Shown piece after piece: positions 8,265 to 18,108 of a DNA stretch of 37,369 nucleotides. The notes below the pieces were generated by a model that saw nothing but the letters and a program-made list of their open reading frames with translations, was not told where the DNA came from and ran no database searches. The position numbers and the translations under genes are program-made. Location: the NCBI GenBank assembly GCA_964411325.1, contig CAYPKM010000003.1, positions 1 to 37,369 on the forward strand. The letters are read 5' to 3'. The stretch's first letter is position 1, and each line of letters begins with the position of its first letter. The DNA comes from an uncultured Christensenella sp. Lineage in GTDB: Bacteria > Bacillota > Clostridia > Christensenellales > UBA1242.

Positions 8265-8832
8265 ATTTTTTCTCCTCCATAAAACTTAAATTATTAAAAA
8301 TAAGAAACTTATTCACACACAATAGAATATAAATAGCAAAAGCACTTAAAATCATATCAAAGTCAACCGTTGCAAATGTATACAAGTCAAATTCAAAAAA
8401 AACATTTGCAATTACAATTCCCATACAAGCAAGCAAACAACATAATGCCCCATCACTAAATCTCAAAAAAATACAACTAGCCAGAATTGGAATTAAAAAA
8501 ATATACTCCTGCAATTGAATAGAATTATCAAAATTCTCTTTAACCCCATTAGCAACAAAATAGTAGAAAATTACCATAAACAAAGATAAACAAATAGGTT
8601 TAATCTTCGACTTGGAAACAATTAAAACAAATAACAAAATCATCAAAATCAAAAACAATTGAACACAATTAAAGTACACATCATAAATAAAAATATTATC
8701 ACAGAAATAGCTTGCACATACAAGAAACAAAATACTACAGACAACAAGCCTATTGAACAATAATTTTATATTTATAAACTTAAATAAAATTAAAAAAAAC
8801 AAGACACCACAAAGCACAAAAACTATTGGCAC
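8251..8832 (-). CDS. Polytopic membrane protein (YphA-like by position)
   Basis: About 6-7 hydrophobic segments; GTG start with AGAGG RBS; overlaps the spoIIP start. Confidence 0.7.
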   Translation of the reverse strand: MPIVFVLCGVLFFLILFKFINIKLLFNRLVVCSILFLVCASYFCDNIFIYDVYFNCVQLFLILMILLFVLIVSKSKIKPICLSLFMVIFYYFVANGVKENFDNSIQLQEYIFLIPILASCIFLRFSDGALCCLLACMGIVIANVFFEFDLYTFATVDFDMILSAFAIYILLCVNKFLIFNNLSFMEEKKYAFS

Positions 8833-8932
8833 AATAATACCTCTAAATATAATTAATTTTATCTTTTGAAAAACATTTAAAAATTATTCAGAAAATTAAA
8901 ATTTCACATATGTCAAAAAATGTAAAAATTTG

Positions 8933-8961
8933 GAATATTTTATACTCCAAAAACATAAAAA
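8933..8961 (+). promoter_or_regulatory. Possible SigE-type promoter of ylmC/ymxH
   Basis: GAATATT-14 bp-CATAAAAA. Confidence 0.45.
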
Positions 8962-8982
8962 TATATTAATGGAGAATAGTGT

Positions 8983-9348
8983 ATGGAAATGAGTTTTTGC
9001 CAATTAAAAAACAAAGATGTAATCAATGTATGCGATGGAAAAAATTATGGCAAAATTATAGACCTAGTCTTTGATACCTGCTGTGGAAAAATACAAGGAA
9101 TTATTGTCCCAGCAAACAAAAATTTTTTTGGATTATTTAAGTCTTCAAACGATATTCTCATACCCTACAATAGAATATGTAAAATTGGCAAAGACATAAT
9201 TTTAGTAGACATAATTATGCAAAATAATTGCAACCAATTTAATAATATTAATATCTGTGCAGAAGACAATGAAAAATTAATTACAACACAATCAAAGCAA
9301 AAATTCAATATTCAAGACGTTTTGAACGATATTGACTTGAATAAATAA
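8983..9348 (+). CDS. ylmC: YlmC/YmxH family sporulation PRC-barrel protein
   Basis: LKNKDVINVCDGKNYG...D...GKIQGIIVP...IPYNRICKIGKDIILVD. Confidence 0.92.
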   Translation: MEMSFCQLKNKDVINVCDGKNYGKIIDLVFDTCCGKIQGIIVPANKNFFGLFKSSNDILIPYNRICKIGKDIILVDIIMQNNCNQFNNINICAEDNEKLITTQSKQKFNIQDVLNDIDLNK

Positions 9349-9710
9349 TTATATATGTTTTTGTCAATTATTTATATGTTATTGTCATTATCATTGTATT
9401 TGAAGTCATCAATATAAATAATTCCATTATAAATAATTTATTAATAAATATAATCAATTTATATGAATTATCTTAAAAGTAAAATTTGTTTATATTTGAC
9501 GTATCAAACAATATTGAAAAATAACATTTTTAACCAATTTAATATTTATTTATCATTTTGAATTTTTATACACATCGTTTTTTTTATTTTTGTCTTATAA
9601 AAATTCTCAATTTTTAATTAGAAAAACACAATCGCCTATCCTGTTTTTACACAATTAATATTTATTAAAGAGACCATTATGTCACACAATAATATATTTG
9701 ATTTTTAATC

Positions 9711-9750
9711 AAAAAAAAGACATTGATATTAAGAATAATCCAATGTCTTT
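9711..9750. terminator. Intrinsic terminator of nrdR (possibly bidirectional)
   Basis: AAAGACATTG...CAATGTCTTT with a poly-A flank. Confidence 0.7.
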
Positions 9751-9785
9751 ATATTTTATTTTTCTTTAGAATTTTTATCTATCTT

Positions 9786-10241
9786 TTACTTCTTGTTATC
9801 ATAGTCTTGAATAAATTCTATAAAGTGTGTCAAGTCTGCAAATTTTCTATACACACTTGCAAATCTTATATAAGAAACCTCGTCAATCTTTTTTAAATTT
9901 TCCATAACCAATTCACCTATCTTTGAACTAGGTACTTCTTGGTCTAGAGAATTGTATAGGGTCTTTTCTATATTGTCTACAATCATATCAATCTGTGCCA
10001 TTGATACAGGTCTCTTTTCGCAAGCTCTAATTATTCCCCTCTTCAGTTTTTCAGAATCAAAAGCTTGCCTGCTATTATCCGATTTGATTACAAGTAGAGG
10101 CGTAGTCTCTACAGTCTCATATGTTGTAAATCTTTTTCCACACGACAGACATTCCCTTCTTCTTCTAATAGCATTGGCATCATCAGAACTTCTGCTATCT
10201 AGAACTTTACTTTCAGTATTTCCACAATAAATGCATTTCAT
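9786..10241 (-). CDS. nrdR: Transcriptional repressor NrdR
   Basis: CxxC...RRRRECxxCGKRFTTYE zinc ribbon, ATP cone, YIRFASVYR. Confidence 0.98.
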   Translation of the reverse strand: MKCIYCGNTESKVLDSRSSDDANAIRRRRECLSCGKRFTTYETVETTPLLVIKSDNSRQAFDSEKLKRGIIRACEKRPVSMAQIDMIVDNIEKTLYNSLDQEVPSSKIGELVMENLKKIDEVSYIRFASVYRKFADLTHFIEFIQDYDNKK

Positions 10242-10459
10242 ATCCTACTCCCCCACATTTTCTTCTTTTTATTCTAACCTATTATGAAAATTTTTTCAAG
10301 AAAAATTTACTTTATTTTTATTTTACATTTTATAATTATTTTGGTAAGATTATTGTAGTATATATATAAGTAGATATTGCATATTTTTATTTAATTTGTT
10401 TATCTTTACAATTTAAAAATCAAATGTCTTTATCTTACTTAAACAAAGGAGAATGAAAA

Positions 10460-11203
10460 ATGAAAGCAATAGTTTTAGTTGCCGGATATGCAAGCAGATT
10501 ATATCCACTTACATTAAATACCCCAAAAGCATTACTTACCCTGAACAATATAACCCTTCTAGATTTTCTTATGGGCAAAGTAGAAGAAATTGACGTTATT
10601 GACGAAGTAATTTTGGTCAGTAACGACAAATTCTATCACAACTTTATCGAATGGAAAGACACTTATACTGGTAGCAAAAAAATCACCATATTAAACGATG
10701 GCACTACTTCCAATGAGACTAGACTTGGCGCTATTGGAGATATCCAATACGCTATTGATAAATTGAATATAGATGATGAGATTATGGTACTTGTTAGCGA
10801 TAATTACTTTACTTTCTCACTTAAAGACTTTTACAATTTCTACAAAGAGATACAATCCGATTGCATAATCGTTACCGAATTTGAAGACCTTGAGTATCTT
10901 GGCAAGAATTTCGCTTGTGTTAAACTTGATGAAAATAATAGAATTGTGGGAATGGTTGAGAAACCAGGCGGTATCCCAGATACAAATATCGGAGCTTATG
11001 CTAGTTATATATACAAAAAAGACACAGTCAAGATGATTAAACAATATTTAGACGAAGGAAACAATAAAGATGCTCCAGGCAATTTCCCTGCTTGGCTTTA
11101 TACTAGAAAACCTGTTTACGCATATTCTTTTGAAGGAGAATGCTACGATATCGGCACAATCGAAGTATATAATAAATTAAATAACGAATTATCAAATAAA
11201 TAA
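10460..11203 (+). CDS. Sugar-phosphate nucleotidyltransferase (NTP_transferase family)
   Basis: KAIVLVAGYASRLYPLT..TPKALL, EKP, YDIGT; RBS AAGGAG. Confidence 0.92.
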   Translation: MKAIVLVAGYASRLYPLTLNTPKALLTLNNITLLDFLMGKVEEIDVIDEVILVSNDKFYHNFIEWKDTYTGSKKITILNDGTTSNETRLGAIGDIQYAIDKLNIDDEIMVLVSDNYFTFSLKDFYNFYKEIQSDCIIVTEFEDLEYLGKNFACVKLDENNRIVGMVEKPGGIPDTNIGAYASYIYKKDTVKMIKQYLDEGNNKDAPGNFPAWLYTRKPVYAYSFEGECYDIGTIEVYNKLNNELSNK

Positions 11204-11379
11204 TTACAATTCTCGTTATTTTTGATATAACAACATTTATTGTTCAAATAATATTTACACTATTATTCACTATTTGTCACTCGCCTATATGTTTTGAACA
11301 ATCCAAATTTTGTTATTCAATGCGTTTTTATCACAGTTTATTCAAAATTCAATTGATTTAATTAAATTAAAACTTAAAA

Positions 11380-11413
11380 AAAAAATTCCTAGACGATAAT
11401 CTAGGAATTTTTT
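11380..11413. terminator. Bidirectional intrinsic terminator
   Basis: AAAAAATTCCTAGA-cgataa-TCTAGGAATTTTTT. Confidence 0.85.
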
Positions 11414-11416
11414 ACC

Positions 11417-12928
11417 TTATAAAACTTCCAAATTTTTACCAAATGCTTTTTTAAATTCGCTACCACATAACATTGCATAACTAATTTCAAAAGAAGCTTC
11501 ATTCTCAACTATTGTCTTCATAATTACGCTATCACCCAAAATATCACAGCTAATATCTACCACATTCCCAAAGCCTGTAATATCCAAAGCTTCAGCAATC
11601 TTCAAAATAACAGCCAATTTCTTTACGGCGATTAAATCATCTTCACTAACACACTCTTTGTATCTAACCCACTCGCTCAAATTGAAATTATCCAAATTCT
11701 TACCTAAAGCCACAAAACTAGCTAGTATAATATCATGATGTGTTACCCCGAAGATTTCACTATTTTTGATTACATCATAAGCAATTTTATCGCAATTATC
11801 CTCATTTATTCTATATCCACTATTTATCAAATAACTAGCAATTCTCAAAACTTTTACATATGGACGAGGTAATTTGTGCAAAACTTTTAATTGTTTAAAC
11901 AAAATCATACTTATCTCATATATATGCTGAGAATTATTAGGCTTTTTATCATAATAGTCATTCAATACTTGCAAACTATATCCCAATGTATCACTTATTG
12001 GCTTTTCAATTGTAAGCGGTAATACATTGTGGAAAAGTATTCCATCTATAGCATCTAGACTACTTATAGCAAATTCTTTATTGTCAAAACAACTAAGTAT
12101 TGCTCTAGCAATAGCAAGACCACTAGGGAAATATTTACTATTGTTAAGAGTCAACCCCTTGATTTTAGTTGTATTACTTACATCTAAACCTTTTACAAGA
12201 GAATACACTTTTTCAAAATCATCACTATTTGATACAAAATTATGTATTAAGTCTAGAGGATATTTCTTTGCTTTTCTACATACAACACCATAATCTTTGA
12301 AAATATCTCCAGTTCCAATAATATCATATTCTTCTGGCAATTCATCATCAAAGTCACATTCTATCATCTTTTGTTTTATCTCAGAACTAATCTTCTCTTC
12401 CAATTTTTCAAAAGAAATGTCATTCATTGTATCATATACTTTTACAGCACCATAAGGAATAGTTATTTTTCTAAGTATGTTTCTTCTATTATAAAGTACC
12501 AATTCTGAATTATAATCGGAAATATTTATTACAATGCCTTTTGGTCTATTAAAACTATTTATGACAGCAGTATACACATCTTCTATCTCAGTTTCTGGCG
12601 AAAATACTTGAAAATTAAAACCATTCGATACACTGAATTCATTTAATATCCCATTCAAATTTTTGGCTTCACTTAAGCAATCTGTCGCCAAACATATAGT
12701 CTCTGTGCATTCATACTGCTCAATAATTTTCTTATATACGCTCAAAATTGAATTAATTTCTTTGATTACTGTAGTTTTTACAAACATATCAGAATACAAG
12801 TCTTTAGTTAAATTTATAGGCATTTCAATAGTTTTATACTTATGATAATATTTATTTCTACAAACATCTACAATTTGCAATTTTACACAAGTTGTTTTTA
12901 GTTCTATTACTGCTATTTTTTCCAACAT
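11417..12928 (-). CDS. ppx: Ppx/GppA-family exopolyphosphatase-like protein with C-terminal HD-like domain; signature motifs degenerate
   Basis: Overall layout KIAVIEL...CLAT...IPYGAV...IIGTG...DG, then H...A.IL.IAEALD; length 503 aa. Confidence 0.8.
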   Translation of the reverse strand: MLEKIAVIELKTTCVKLQIVDVCRNKYYHKYKTIEMPINLTKDLYSDMFVKTTVIKEINSILSVYKKIIEQYECTETICLATDCLSEAKNLNGILNEFSVSNGFNFQVFSPETEIEDVYTAVINSFNRPKGIVINISDYNSELVLYNRRNILRKITIPYGAVKVYDTMNDISFEKLEEKISSEIKQKMIECDFDDELPEEYDIIGTGDIFKDYGVVCRKAKKYPLDLIHNFVSNSDDFEKVYSLVKGLDVSNTTKIKGLTLNNSKYFPSGLAIARAILSCFDNKEFAISSLDAIDGILFHNVLPLTIEKPISDTLGYSLQVLNDYYDKKPNNSQHIYEISMILFKQLKVLHKLPRPYVKVLRIASYLINSGYRINEDNCDKIAYDVIKNSEIFGVTHHDIILASFVALGKNLDNFNLSEWVRYKECVSEDDLIAVKKLAVILKIAEALDITGFGNVVDISCDILGDSVIMKTIVENEASFEISYAMLCGSEFKKAFGKNLEVL

Positions 12929-13043
12929 AGTCTCCTTTAATTATCTGCAATTAAATTTGGGCAGAATTTCCCATCGTCTTGATTATATCATATAATTTTT
13001 GAATTGTACACAAATTTTTTTAAAAAAATATTTGTTTTTAAAT

Positions 13044-13088
13044 AAAAAAAGTCATCATTTATGTACTAATAGACACATTTGATGACTT
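13044..13088 (-). terminator. Intrinsic terminator of the ferredoxin gene
   Basis: AAGTCATCA...TGATGACTT inverted repeat with a U-tract on the minus strand. Confidence 0.6.
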
Positions 13089-13095
13089 ATAAAAA

Positions 13096-13260
13096 TTATT
13101 CTTCAATAGCGCTTACTGGACAAACTCCAATACAAGTTCCGCAGTGGATACAAACTTCTTGATTAATCTCAGCCTTGCCATCTACCATAGTAATTGCAGA
13201 AACAGGACAACTATCAATACAAGTTCCACAACCAACGCATACTTCTTTATTAACTATCAT
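13096..13260 (-). CDS. 2[4Fe-4S] ferredoxin, 54 aa (below the ORF-track cutoff)
   Basis: MIVNKEVCVGCGTCIDSCPVSAITMVDGKAEINQEVCIHCGTCIGVCPVSAIEE has two CxxCxxCxxxCP motifs; RBS AAGGAG. Confidence 0.97.
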   Translation of the reverse strand: MIVNKEVCVGCGTCIDSCPVSAITMVDGKAEINQEVCIHCGTCIGVCPVSAIEE

Positions 13261-13388
13261 CTTTCTCCTTCGTCAAAAAAATTATTTGACTTTTGATTGA
13301 ATTTTATTGAGAAATTTTATCTCAATAATGTATATATACTAGCACAAATATTTTTTTTAATCAAGCAAAAAGCCCGTTCATAGTCATT

Positions 13389-13814
13389 TTATTTAATATA
13401 CATCTTAAATTTAATTTTATTGAATTTTGGCTTGCTTTTTGACTTTTTTAGAGAAATAATGGTCTGAACTCCTTGATTTACTCCCACAATCAACAAAAAG
13501 ACTGCAAATATTTTTTGCAAAATATTATTACTAAGAATGCTGGCTAAATATGACCCCAGAATTGAAAATATTACACCACTTATTACAATAGGAATTCCCA
13601 CCTTGAAGTCTACAAGTTTATTCTTAATATGAATAAAAAGTGCAAACAAAGACATTGGTATGAATACCAATAAATTTATAGCTTGTGCATTTTTTTGTTT
13701 GAATGATAAGAAAATTGTAAGTATAGGTATTAGAAGAGTCCCTCCTCCCATTCCCATTCCTCCTACAACCCCACTCACAAGCCCTGCAATAAACAAATAT
13801 AAAAAATCTATCAT
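13389..13814 (-). CDS. Sulfite exporter TauE/SafE family half-size protein
   Basis: GGMGMGGGTLLIP, QKNAQAINL; about 4 TM segments. Confidence 0.9.
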   Translation of the reverse strand: MIDFLYLFIAGLVSGVVGGMGMGGGTLLIPILTIFLSFKQKNAQAINLLVFIPMSLFALFIHIKNKLVDFKVGIPIVISGVIFSILGSYLASILSNNILQKIFAVFLLIVGVNQGVQTIISLKKSKSKPKFNKIKFKMYIK

Positions 13815-14254
13815 ATAAGCAATTTTATCCCACCAGCAATTATTATAATACTAAAAATTATCCCCAGCCACACATTACTTATAAATTTAAGTATTACAGC
13901 ACCTATTACGCCTCCGACAATGAATCCCGCACCTATTTTTAATGCGTTAATTATTTCTAAATTCCCACTCAACAAATATACACACAAACTCGCAATACTT
14001 AGCGGAAGCATAATAAGCAATGTTGTGGCGTGAGCCTTTTTCTCGGGCAGTTTAATTATTTGCATCAAAAGTGGCACACAAATCATTCCACCACCGCCTC
14101 CCCAAAAACCATTAACAAAGCCAATCAATGACCCTGTCAATATTTTAATAAAAATATTGTTTTTGCTTTCTTTATTCTGAGGCTGGTAATCAAATTCAAT
14201 TTCCGTTCCTCCGAAATTTGTGTTTTTCCTTATATTAAACGAACTTTCTTTCAT
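13811..14254 (-). CDS. Sulfite exporter TauE/SafE family half-size protein
   Basis: GFVNGFWGGGGGMICVP, KKAHATTL; about 4 TM segments; ATGA overlap with the next gene; start uncertain (14254 or 14293). Confidence 0.88.
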   Translation of the reverse strand: MKESSFNIRKNTNFGGTEIEFDYQPQNKESKNNIFIKILTGSLIGFVNGFWGGGGGMICVPLLMQIIKLPEKKAHATTLLIMLPLSIASLCVYLLSGNLEIINALKIGAGFIVGGVIGAVILKFISNVWLGIIFSIIIIAGGIKLLI

Positions 14255-14426
14255 ATTTAATTTTTTACTAAAAATAGAAATTAATTCTTGCAAATTAATG
14301 AATTAAAATTAATTTTCGTTGCATACTACTAAAAATTGGAAAAATTTTCCAGTAAAAACATTGTAGCAAATCTATCAATTTTTAAATAAAAATATTAATT
14401 TCAGACGACAATCACGTGAAAATTGC

Positions 14427-14455
14427 TTGAATATAAACAAAAAATGATGTATACT
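14427..14455 (+). promoter_or_regulatory. Sigma-A promoter
   Basis: TTGAAT-17 bp-TATACT upstream of the 1177-aa gene. Confidence 0.55.
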
Positions 14456-14500
14456 TAACAAGTGTAATAATAAATAAATTAAATAAAAGGTGAACTATCT

Positions 14501-17500
14501 ATGTTAAAGACTAGAAACAAAAAATCAAAAACCATATTTTTTAGCTTGATACTTTGTATTGCTATGATAATATCAGCTTTTACAGGTCTTCACTTTGTTC
14601 CTCAAAGCAAAGTTATGGCTGCCAACTCAGATTTTATCTCAAAAGATGTATCTAGCGATTTGCTTAGCACTTATTATAATTTCTACACTACAAGCTCAGC
14701 AAAGCCTGCTACACCTAATGGTTGGTCAGAGATTACAGATAATCAAGTTAATGAAGATAATATCGTCAAAGGTATAGTAGATGTTACTGACGAATCAACT
14801 TTCAAAACATCGACTTATCACACCACTCGTCCAGTTATACATCAAGACGAAAGTTCTGACGAATCTTATTTCAAAAATTTGATGATCAATTCTTATTCTG
14901 GAGCTGGAAGATTTGGCTACAAAAGTAATTCTATATCCCTTGAAGCCAATAGTTTCTATGAAATCAATGTCAAACTTTATACTCATAGAACAGAGGCAAC
15001 AGGAGATTTCGAAGAAACAGACCCTACTGCATCTATATATCTTACAAATCTAACAGATGACGAAGAATTTGCCAATCAAGTGAAATTTGAAAATATTAAT
15101 ACCCTTAAAAACTGGGAAACATACAGATTTTATATAGACACCAATGAGAGTGCCACAGTTAATTTGGAATTATGGTTAGGAAGCAAAACTTCTCAAGTGC
15201 AAGGTGCTGTATTCTTTAATAAAGTTCAAATTATTAGATATAGTGAAAGTTACTATTCAGAATTTATCAAAACACAAAATGATACCGATACAGATAAATT
15301 CAATATTATCAGTTTGTCCAAGGACCAAAATCTTTCCCCTGTAACAAATAGCGATTTTGAAACTTCTACACCTCTTGGCTGGAAAAATATTTCTAGTAGC
15401 ACTACCAAATCAGAAAATCAATTTTATCAAATCGTAGACAACAAAAACTATAAATTAAAAGTTGATGACAATACAACCATAGAAGCACCTGGCTCTAATT
15501 ATTCTGCCAATAATAGTCAATGCTTGTTTATGTACAACAAAAATGATGGTTATCAAGCTATAGAGAGTAGCAAAATAACTATCGACCCACTTTCTTATTA
15601 CAAAATTTCATTCTTTGCCAAGAGTGATTGTAATGTTGGCAGTGGCGCTACAGTTATGCTTGTAGACAAAACAGACGATAATTCTACCCAAAGTGCTAGC
15701 CTTACTCTTGCAACTACATTTTCAAAAAATAACAATATTTATCGTAATGATTGGACAGAATATTCTTTTTATGTATATGGCGATAAATTGGAGACCAAAG
15801 AAGTCGTTATCCAAATTTGGCTTGGTACAAAATCAGCCAAGACTTCTGGATATATATTTATAGACGACTTTAGAATGGAAGATATATCTTACAATACTTT
15901 CTCTAATAACTCTAGTTCTTCCAATGCCACTGCACTAAATTTCAATAGCGATAGCGATTTGTTTGTTGTAACAAACTCAAATTTTGACAAAACCTCCAAT
16001 ACCGAAAGTACAAAAGTTTACCCTCTTACTCCTTCTGATTGGACAAAAGAAGGTAGCGACAATTCATATACTTTTAGCGGTGTTATCAATACAGACAAAG
16101 ATCACTTCAATGCAAATGTAAGTAATTACAAACCAAGCACCTCCAACATCAATCTTGCCCCACCAGAAAATCACCCTTATGGAGACAATAATAATGTCTT
16201 GATGATAGGAAGTGTTAGCGAAAATGCTAGTCAAACATACAAAAGTAGTAGCATAACATTGAATGCAGACAGTTATTACAAATTGACTTATTTTGTATCA
16301 ACTAATTATGACAAATCTACCAAAAATAATTATGGCGCAAGCGTATCTGTAACAACTAGTACAAAAACTCTATACGAATACCAAAATATTCACTTCACAG
16401 ATAATAATTGGCATCAATTTGTAGTTTATTTCAAAACAGGTAAATCAAGCGAGACTGCCACAATCAATCTTACTTTCAAAAATTTAACCGGCTATGTCTT
16501 CTTTGACGATATTCGTTTGGAAACATCAAAAGAAGAAATCTACAATAACTATACAACATTACCAGAAATAACTTACACCAAAGTTGACCTAAGTTTCGAG
16601 AACTTTGATAATAGAACATTCAATACAAACAATTCTCTTTTGCAAACACCTAATAATTGGACTGCAACAGAACAAGATGTATCGGATAATAATTTCACGA
16701 TTTCCCAAAAAGGAATTATCAATCTAAATAATTACTCAAGTATAGATATAGACAATACTCTTAGTGGCAATCAAAATGCCCTACTTATCCAAAGTTTGCA
16801 CGATGTCAACTTCGCATATTCAACCAATGATTCTTACTCTTTTACAGCTCAGACTTATTACAAAATCACTGTAAATATTCTTACCGAAAATATAACTGCA
16901 GTAATAGACGGTCAAAATATCACAAACCCAGACAATCGTGGTGCAAGATTATCCCTAAACAACTCTTCAGAAATTTTAATTAAAAATATCAATACTTTGG
17001 GTGGCTGGAAAACATATACCATTTACCTAAGTTTAGAAGAAGATTTGAATTCCCAAATCACATTGGCTCTTGGAGATACAGATGAAAAAGTAAGTGGAAC
17101 AGTTTTATTCGACAATCTAAAAATTGAAACCATTGACCTAGATACAATGAAAACAGAATTGAATACAGCCAATGAAGACACCGTTGCTAGATTCATTAAT
17201 TATGTTGACGATTCTGATTCAGAAGATGATGAAACATCTACTTGGACAAATAATTTTGATTGGTTAATTCTTCCAAGCCTACTTACTGCCCTAGCATTAA
17301 TAATTGCTGTTGTAGGATTCTATGTAAGAAAAATTAAATTTAATAGAAAACCAAAAATCAAAACTAAATACGATAGAAGAAAAACTCTTGACAAAGATAT
17401 AGATAGAAGAGAAAGAATTGCTCTAAGACAACAAATTATTGATGAACTTAATGCAGAATTACAATCTATTGATGACGAAATTGCCGAATATACCAAGCTT

Positions 17501-18034
17501 GCAGAAGAACAATTAGAACAACTTAGAAATCAAATTTTGACCGAAAAAGAAGCAATTAAACGTCAAAAATTAGAGATAGAAATTAGAAAGAAAGAAGCAA
17601 CTGCCGAAAGAGAAAAACAATTAAAAGCAAATCCAGACCTTGTCAGCAATACAAAAGCAGAAAAAGAATATGTCAAATTTATGGAAAAACTTGACAAACA
17701 AGAAATGCATTTGCAGAAACAATTAAATCTAAAAGATCTCAAATTGGAAAATACCAAAGAGGCAGACAAAACCAAAATTGCTAGATTCCTAGAAAGAAAA
17801 GAATTTATCAAAAATGAAATTGCAAAGATAGAAGCAGAAATTGAAAGTATTGCAAAAGAAGAAAAAGAAATGTGGGAAGAATACAAGAATGCCAAACTTG
17901 AAGCTAAGAAGAAAAAAGCAGAAAGCAAAGCACTTGCAAAACAATCCAAAGCAAAATCTTCTACTACCCCTACTAAAACAACACAAAGTAAACAAAATGC
18001 AAAAAATGACAATACTGACAATTCAAATAAATAA
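14501..18034 (+). CDS. Large single-pass surface protein: signal peptide, four CBM4/9-like jelly-roll repeats, TM helix, cytoplasmic coiled coil
   Basis: Repeated TPxxW, S/TYYK(I/L), WxxY/F and FDD/FDN motifs four times; TM at about aa 921-942; E/K-rich tail. Confidence 0.8.
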   Translation: MLKTRNKKSKTIFFSLILCIAMIISAFTGLHFVPQSKVMAANSDFISKDVSSDLLSTYYNFYTTSSAKPATPNGWSEITDNQVNEDNIVKGIVDVTDESTFKTSTYHTTRPVIHQDESSDESYFKNLMINSYSGAGRFGYKSNSISLEANSFYEINVKLYTHRTEATGDFEETDPTASIYLTNLTDDEEFANQVKFENINTLKNWETYRFYIDTNESATVNLELWLGSKTSQVQGAVFFNKVQIIRYSESYYSEFIKTQNDTDTDKFNIISLSKDQNLSPVTNSDFETSTPLGWKNISSSTTKSENQFYQIVDNKNYKLKVDDNTTIEAPGSNYSANNSQCLFMYNKNDGYQAIESSKITIDPLSYYKISFFAKSDCNVGSGATVMLVDKTDDNSTQSASLTLATTFSKNNNIYRNDWTEYSFYVYGDKLETKEVVIQIWLGTKSAKTSGYIFIDDFRMEDISYNTFSNNSSSSNATALNFNSDSDLFVVTNSNFDKTSNTESTKVYPLTPSDWTKEGSDNSYTFSGVINTDKDHFNANVSNYKPSTSNINLAPPENHPYGDNNNVLMIGSVSENASQTYKSSSITLNADSYYKLTYFVSTNYDKSTKNNYGASVSVTTSTKTLYEYQNIHFTDNNWHQFVVYFKTGKSSETATINLTFKNLTGYVFFDDIRLETSKEEIYNNYTTLPEITYTKVDLSFENFDNRTFNTNNSLLQTPNNWTATEQDVSDNNFTISQKGIINLNNYSSIDIDNTLSGNQNALLIQSLHDVNFAYSTNDSYSFTAQTYYKITVNILTENITAVIDGQNITNPDNRGARLSLNNSSEILIKNINTLGGWKTYTIYLSLEEDLNSQITLALGDTDEKVSGTVLFDNLKIETIDLDTMKTELNTANEDTVARFINYVDDSDSEDDETSTWTNNFDWLILPSLLTALALIIAVVGFYVRKIKFNRKPKIKTKYDRRKTLDKDIDRRERIALRQQIIDELNAELQSIDDEIAEYTKLAEEQLEQLRNQILTEKEAIKRQKLEIEIRKKEATAEREKQLKANPDLVSNTKAEKEYVKFMEKLDKQEMHLQKQLNLKDLKLENTKEADKTKIARFLERKEFIKNEIAKIEAEIESIAKEEKEMWEEYKNAKLEAKKKKAESKALAKQSKAKSSTTPTKTTQSKQNAKNDNTDNSNK

Positions 18035-18036
18035 CT

Positions 18037-18065
18037 AAAAAAAGAAGCTTTATGCTTCTTTTTTT
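18037..18065. terminator. Bidirectional intrinsic terminator
   Basis: AAAAAAAGAAGC-tttat-GCTTCTTTTTTT. Confidence 0.85.
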
Positions 18066-18108
18066 AATTTTTATTTAAAAATAAATGGCTGTTATCACAT
18101 ATCAACAA

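Noticed and set aside
9632-11302. Similar words TCGCCTAT..TGTTTT..ACAAT at 9632 and 11281 in two convergent intergenic regions
   Set aside because: Only two short imperfect copies; cannot be separated from chance without a genome-wide count.
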